Shown one piece after another: positions 59,910 through 64,000 of a stretch of DNA of 64,000 nucleotides (positions are counted from its first letter, which is position 1; every line of letters begins with the position of its first letter). Origin of the DNA: Eledone cirrhosa (Eukaryota); NCBI GenBank assembly GCA_964016885.1, contig OZ024741.1, positions 251,596,001 to 251,660,000 of the forward strand, read 5' to 3'. The notes under the pieces were generated by a model. The model saw nothing but the letters and a program-made list of their open reading frames with translations, ran no database searches and was not told where the DNA came from. The position numbers and the translations under genes were made by a program.

Positions 59910-60572
59910 TACACTTATTTCACATCGTCACATCCTCACACACACACACACTTATTTCACATCCTCACACACACACACCCACACACTTATTTCACATCGT
60001 CACACACACACACACACACACACACACTTGTTTCACATCCTCACACACACACACACACACTTGTTTCACATCGTCACACACACACTTGTTTCACATCCTC
60101 ACACACACACACACACACACTTATTTCACATCCTCACACACACACTTATTTCACATCCTCACACACCCACACACACTTATTTCACATCGTCAGACACACA
60201 CACACACCCACACACACTTATTTCACATCGTCACACACACACACACACACTTGTTTCACATCCTCACACACACACACATGTTTTACATCCTCACACACAC
60301 ACACACACACTTGTTTCACATCCTCACACACACACACACACATGTTTCACATCCTCACACACACACACTTGTTTCACATCCTCACACACACACACACACA
60401 CACTTGTTTCACATCCTCACACACACACACTTGTTTCACATCCTCACATACACACACTTGTTTCACATCCTCACACACACACACACACACACTTGTTTCA
60501 CATCCTCACATACACACTTGTTTCACATCCACACACAAACACACACTTGTTTCACATCGTCACACATACACA
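59910..60572. repeat. Compound minisatellite [CTT(G/A)TTTCACATC(C/G)T(CA)n], about 20 copies
   Basis: Fixed ~17-bp core separated by variable-length (AC)n. Confidence 0.93.
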
Positions 60573-60994
60573 CATTACACCCACCCCCCCCACCCATTAT
60601 ACCCCCCCCCCCCACACACACACATTACACATCCCCCACACACACACAACTCAGAGAGAGAGAGAGAGAGAGAGGGAGGGACACCATATTTGAGCTGATG
60701 ACATGTGTTTACGTGAGGTGAATATTAGACTCAAATATTCCTCCTCACATCTTACATATAATACACACTTTACTATAAACAACAACAGTTAACTCAACAG
60801 CCAACCTACCAGCTATTGCATCAACTTTACACACATTTATCTGCTGCATTCTTCTAGCAATCTTCACTCATTATAATATCATATCACAAATGATAAATTG
60901 TTACTATCAATACCAACTGTTACTACCAATTGTTACTATCAATAACAACACCAAATATCTTTAAATTTTCCATCCTTTTCATCTTTTATGTCTT

Positions 60995-61522
60995 CATATA
61001 TATGTATGTATGTATGTGTGTATGTGTGTGTGTATGTGTGTGCATGTGTGTATGTACGTATGTATGTGTCTATGTGTGTGTATGTATGTACGGACGTATG
61101 TATCTGTGTATGTGTGTATGTATGGAAGTATGTATGTGTGTGTGTGTATGTATGTTTGTATGGAAGTTTGTATGTGTGTGTATGTATGTATGTTTGTATG
61201 TATGTATCGGAGTATGTATGTATGGAAGTATGTATGGAAGTTTGTATGTATGTATGGAAGTATGTATGAATGGAAGTATGTATATATATATATGGAAGTA
61301 TGTATGTGTGTGTGTATGTATATATGTATGTATGGAAGTATGTATCTATATATGTGTGTGTGTGTATATGTGCATGTATGCATATATGTATGTGTGTGTA
61401 TATGAGCATGTATATATGCATATATGTATGTGTGTGTATATGAGCATGTATATATGAATGAATGAATGTATGCATGCATGCATTATGTGTGTATGTATGT
61501 ATGAATGTATGGATTATGTATG

Positions 61523-61555
<33 letters not shown>
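60995..61555. repeat. (TATG)n/(TG)n field with GGAAG variants
   Basis: Direct inspection. Confidence 0.9.
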
Positions 61556-62640
61556 CAGTCTCAAGAAAACCGTCGCCATGTACCAACCTGCCCCTGGTAA
61601 TACAGTGAACCAAATATCTATGTGTATGGTAAACGACTTGGAGTGGTTGATCAGTTTGTCTACCTGGGAAGCACTGTCAATCGATACAGCAACCTTGATA
61701 GTGAAATCTCACTTAGGATTAGGAAAGCAAGTGATGCTTTCGGAAAGCTAGAAAGGCAACTCTGGGGTCATCGAGACATATGCAAGAAGACAAAGGTAAA
61801 GGTGTACAAGGCATGTGTGCTATCTTCTCTTCTTTATGCCTGCGAGACCTGGGTCACATATCGACACCACCTTAAGCAATTGGAGCATTTCCATCAGATG
61901 TGTCTCAGACGGATCCATGGCGTTCACTGGAGGGACCACATCAGTGATGTCGAGATTTTGGAAAGCTCTATGTGTGATAGTATAGAAGCTCTTGTGCTTA
62001 AGCAACGACTCCGTTGGAGTGGTCACATTGCCAGGATGAAGGATTCTAGAATACCAAAACAACTCTTTTATGGAGAGTTAGTTTGAGGAAAACGACCGCT
62101 ACATAAACCAAAAAAGAGGTATAAGGATTCCTTGAAAACCTCTTTGAAAGACGCTAACATCTCTGCTGATACATGGGAAAATATTGCTGCTGATCGTAAT
62201 AAATGGAGAAAGACTGTATATGAGGGAAAAGTTGCCTTTGAGGCATCTCGAATCGCATACGAGAAAGTAAAGCGGGATGTGAGGAAGGGCATTGCTGTTG
62301 CACTTCCAGACGGCGAGGGTCCTCCTATGGTGCTGACATGCAGCGTCTGTGCGAGACTCTGCCGAAGCAAAGCTGGACTCAAAAGTCATCTTCGCAGTCA
62401 TAAAGTAAGACCAGTGGTTGACTACCAGGCTGCTGTTGGAGATGCTACTCATCATGCTTGCCAAGCATGTGGTAGAGAATGTAAATCAGCAGGAGAGCTC
62501 AAACGACATATAAAAGTACATGAACTCCAACCACAACCGACTATTCCCAGTGAATGTTTTGGTTGCCGACTCTGTGCAAGACATTTTAGATCATTGGCTG
62601 GGCTAAAAAGCCACATTCGATCACAGCGCTGTTAATTACT
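61556..62640 (+). mobile_element. 5'-truncated RTE (BovB-like) LINE; ORF remnant ends in three C2H2-type zinc fingers
   Basis: SLKKTVAMYQP / frameshift / VVDQFVYLGST...VYKACVLSSLLYACETW...LRWSGHIARMKDSRIPKQLFYGEL. One in-frame TGA at 62084-62086, then KPKKRYKDSLK...RNKWR and three CxxC-x12-H motifs. Confidence 0.9.
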
Positions 62641-63836
62641 ATCATGTGTGTGTTTATAGATATGTTTATGTGTGTGCGTGTGTGTGTATATATATATATA
62701 TGTATATTATTATTGTTGTTGTTGTTGTCGTTATTATTATTGTTGTTATTATTATTATTATTGTTATTAATATATATATATATATAACAACAAGAAATTG
62801 ATTAACATATAAATAAACATGAATAATCACAGGAGATAATTTTTACAAGTGTGTAAGCACACATAGCTAGGTAGGTAACCAAATAAAGATAACCAGAACT
62901 TCAAAAATAGATACCTTATAATATGATTAATCTTCCCTGTATATATTCCATTAAAGATATATATATATATATATATATTTTTTTTTTTCTCGTGCAATGG
63001 CCATACTCAATAACGAGGGGGCAGCCATCATGTATGTATGTATATATGTATTTACTTATGTCTGAATATATATATATACATATCTTCATATGTATGTATG
63101 TATGTAAACCCATGCTAGCGTGGAAGATAGACGTTAAACGATGATGATGATGATGATGATGTATGTATATATGTATATATGTATAGACCCCATAATTTCT
63201 TGTGGCATTGTAGAGGTTCCATAGAAACATACAGTATGTTTGGGTATTTTAAACCTGGCACAGGGGAGCAGGGGCCCTCACCAGGTCTGAACAGGTCTGA
63301 ACACAGCTAATTTCTTCCAGAGAAAGAGAGAGTGAGAATGATAGAGAGTGACGAAGAGATATAGAGGAGGAATCAGCCCCAGTACTGAACTGGTACATTT
63401 TTTTTATTGACCCGAAAGGATGAAAGGCAAATTTAGTTTAAGTGGGAATTGAACCCAGAGAGCACAGGGAGCTGAAACAAACACCACAAGATATTCTATC
63501 TGACATTTTAATGACTCTGTTATTTACTGGTTTATGTCTCCATTTAATTCTTGTTTAATTTTTACATATTTTTCATATTTCTTATCCCATCGAGGTCAAC
63601 ATTGTCTTTCATCCTTTTGGAGTCAATAAAATAAAGTACCAGTAAAATACTGGAGCCAAATTAATTGACTTTCCTTCATCATCATACAATTGCTAGCCTT
63701 GGCCTGATGTCTCAATTTGAAATAATTATTTTGATATTTCTTATTATTTCTGAAATGATTCACCTAGCTGTGTCAATCTGGTAACAGGCCCTAGTCAGTT
63801 GTAATACATTGGTTCCCAAAGATGTTACCATGTTCT

Positions 63837-64000
63837 GACCAGATGTAAAATGAAGGCACCTAAAGTCTGGTAATAAGCCCAGACCAGATGTAGAATTAAG
63901 GCTCCTAAGGCTGGAAATAAGACCAGGCCAGATGTGACATGGAATTCTCCAAAGATGATAGCAGGCCCAGACCAGATGTATAATGTTAGTTCCCTAAAGC
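63837..64000. repeat. Degenerate ~44-45 bp tandem repeat, cut by the window end
   Basis: Four G(A/G)CCAGATGT...CC(T/A)AA(A/G)G units. Confidence 0.7.

Noticed and set aside
62132-62635. Host C2H2 zinc-finger gene
   Set aside because: In frame with RTE ORF sequence and lacking TGEKP linkers, so it is part of the LINE.

Overview
This is an AT-rich, repeat-saturated animal genomic window. The SINE/LINE/microsatellite mix suggests an octopus or other cephalopod, but that is inference. I found no convincing host protein-coding exon; nearly all listed ORFs are artefacts of simple repeats. The window holds: (i) a ~10.5 kb 21-bp satellite with kb-scale higher-order duplications; (ii) many tRNA-derived SINEs and fragments of RTE- and CR1-type LINEs; (iii) a mariner remnant, MITEs and a Helitron-like element; (iv) two related minisatellites; (v) many Penelope-type traces (a GIY-YIG remnant, long fold-backs, several type I hammerhead ribozymes). 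The most striking feature is a near-identical 595-bp x 2.5 tandem array at 55804-57295. Each unit carries a type I hammerhead fold with a U3-A8 core covariation and an enlarged stem II. It is a candidate large non-LTR retrozyme that could release ~595-nt circularisable RNAs. All folds were derived by hand and repeat boundaries are approximate.
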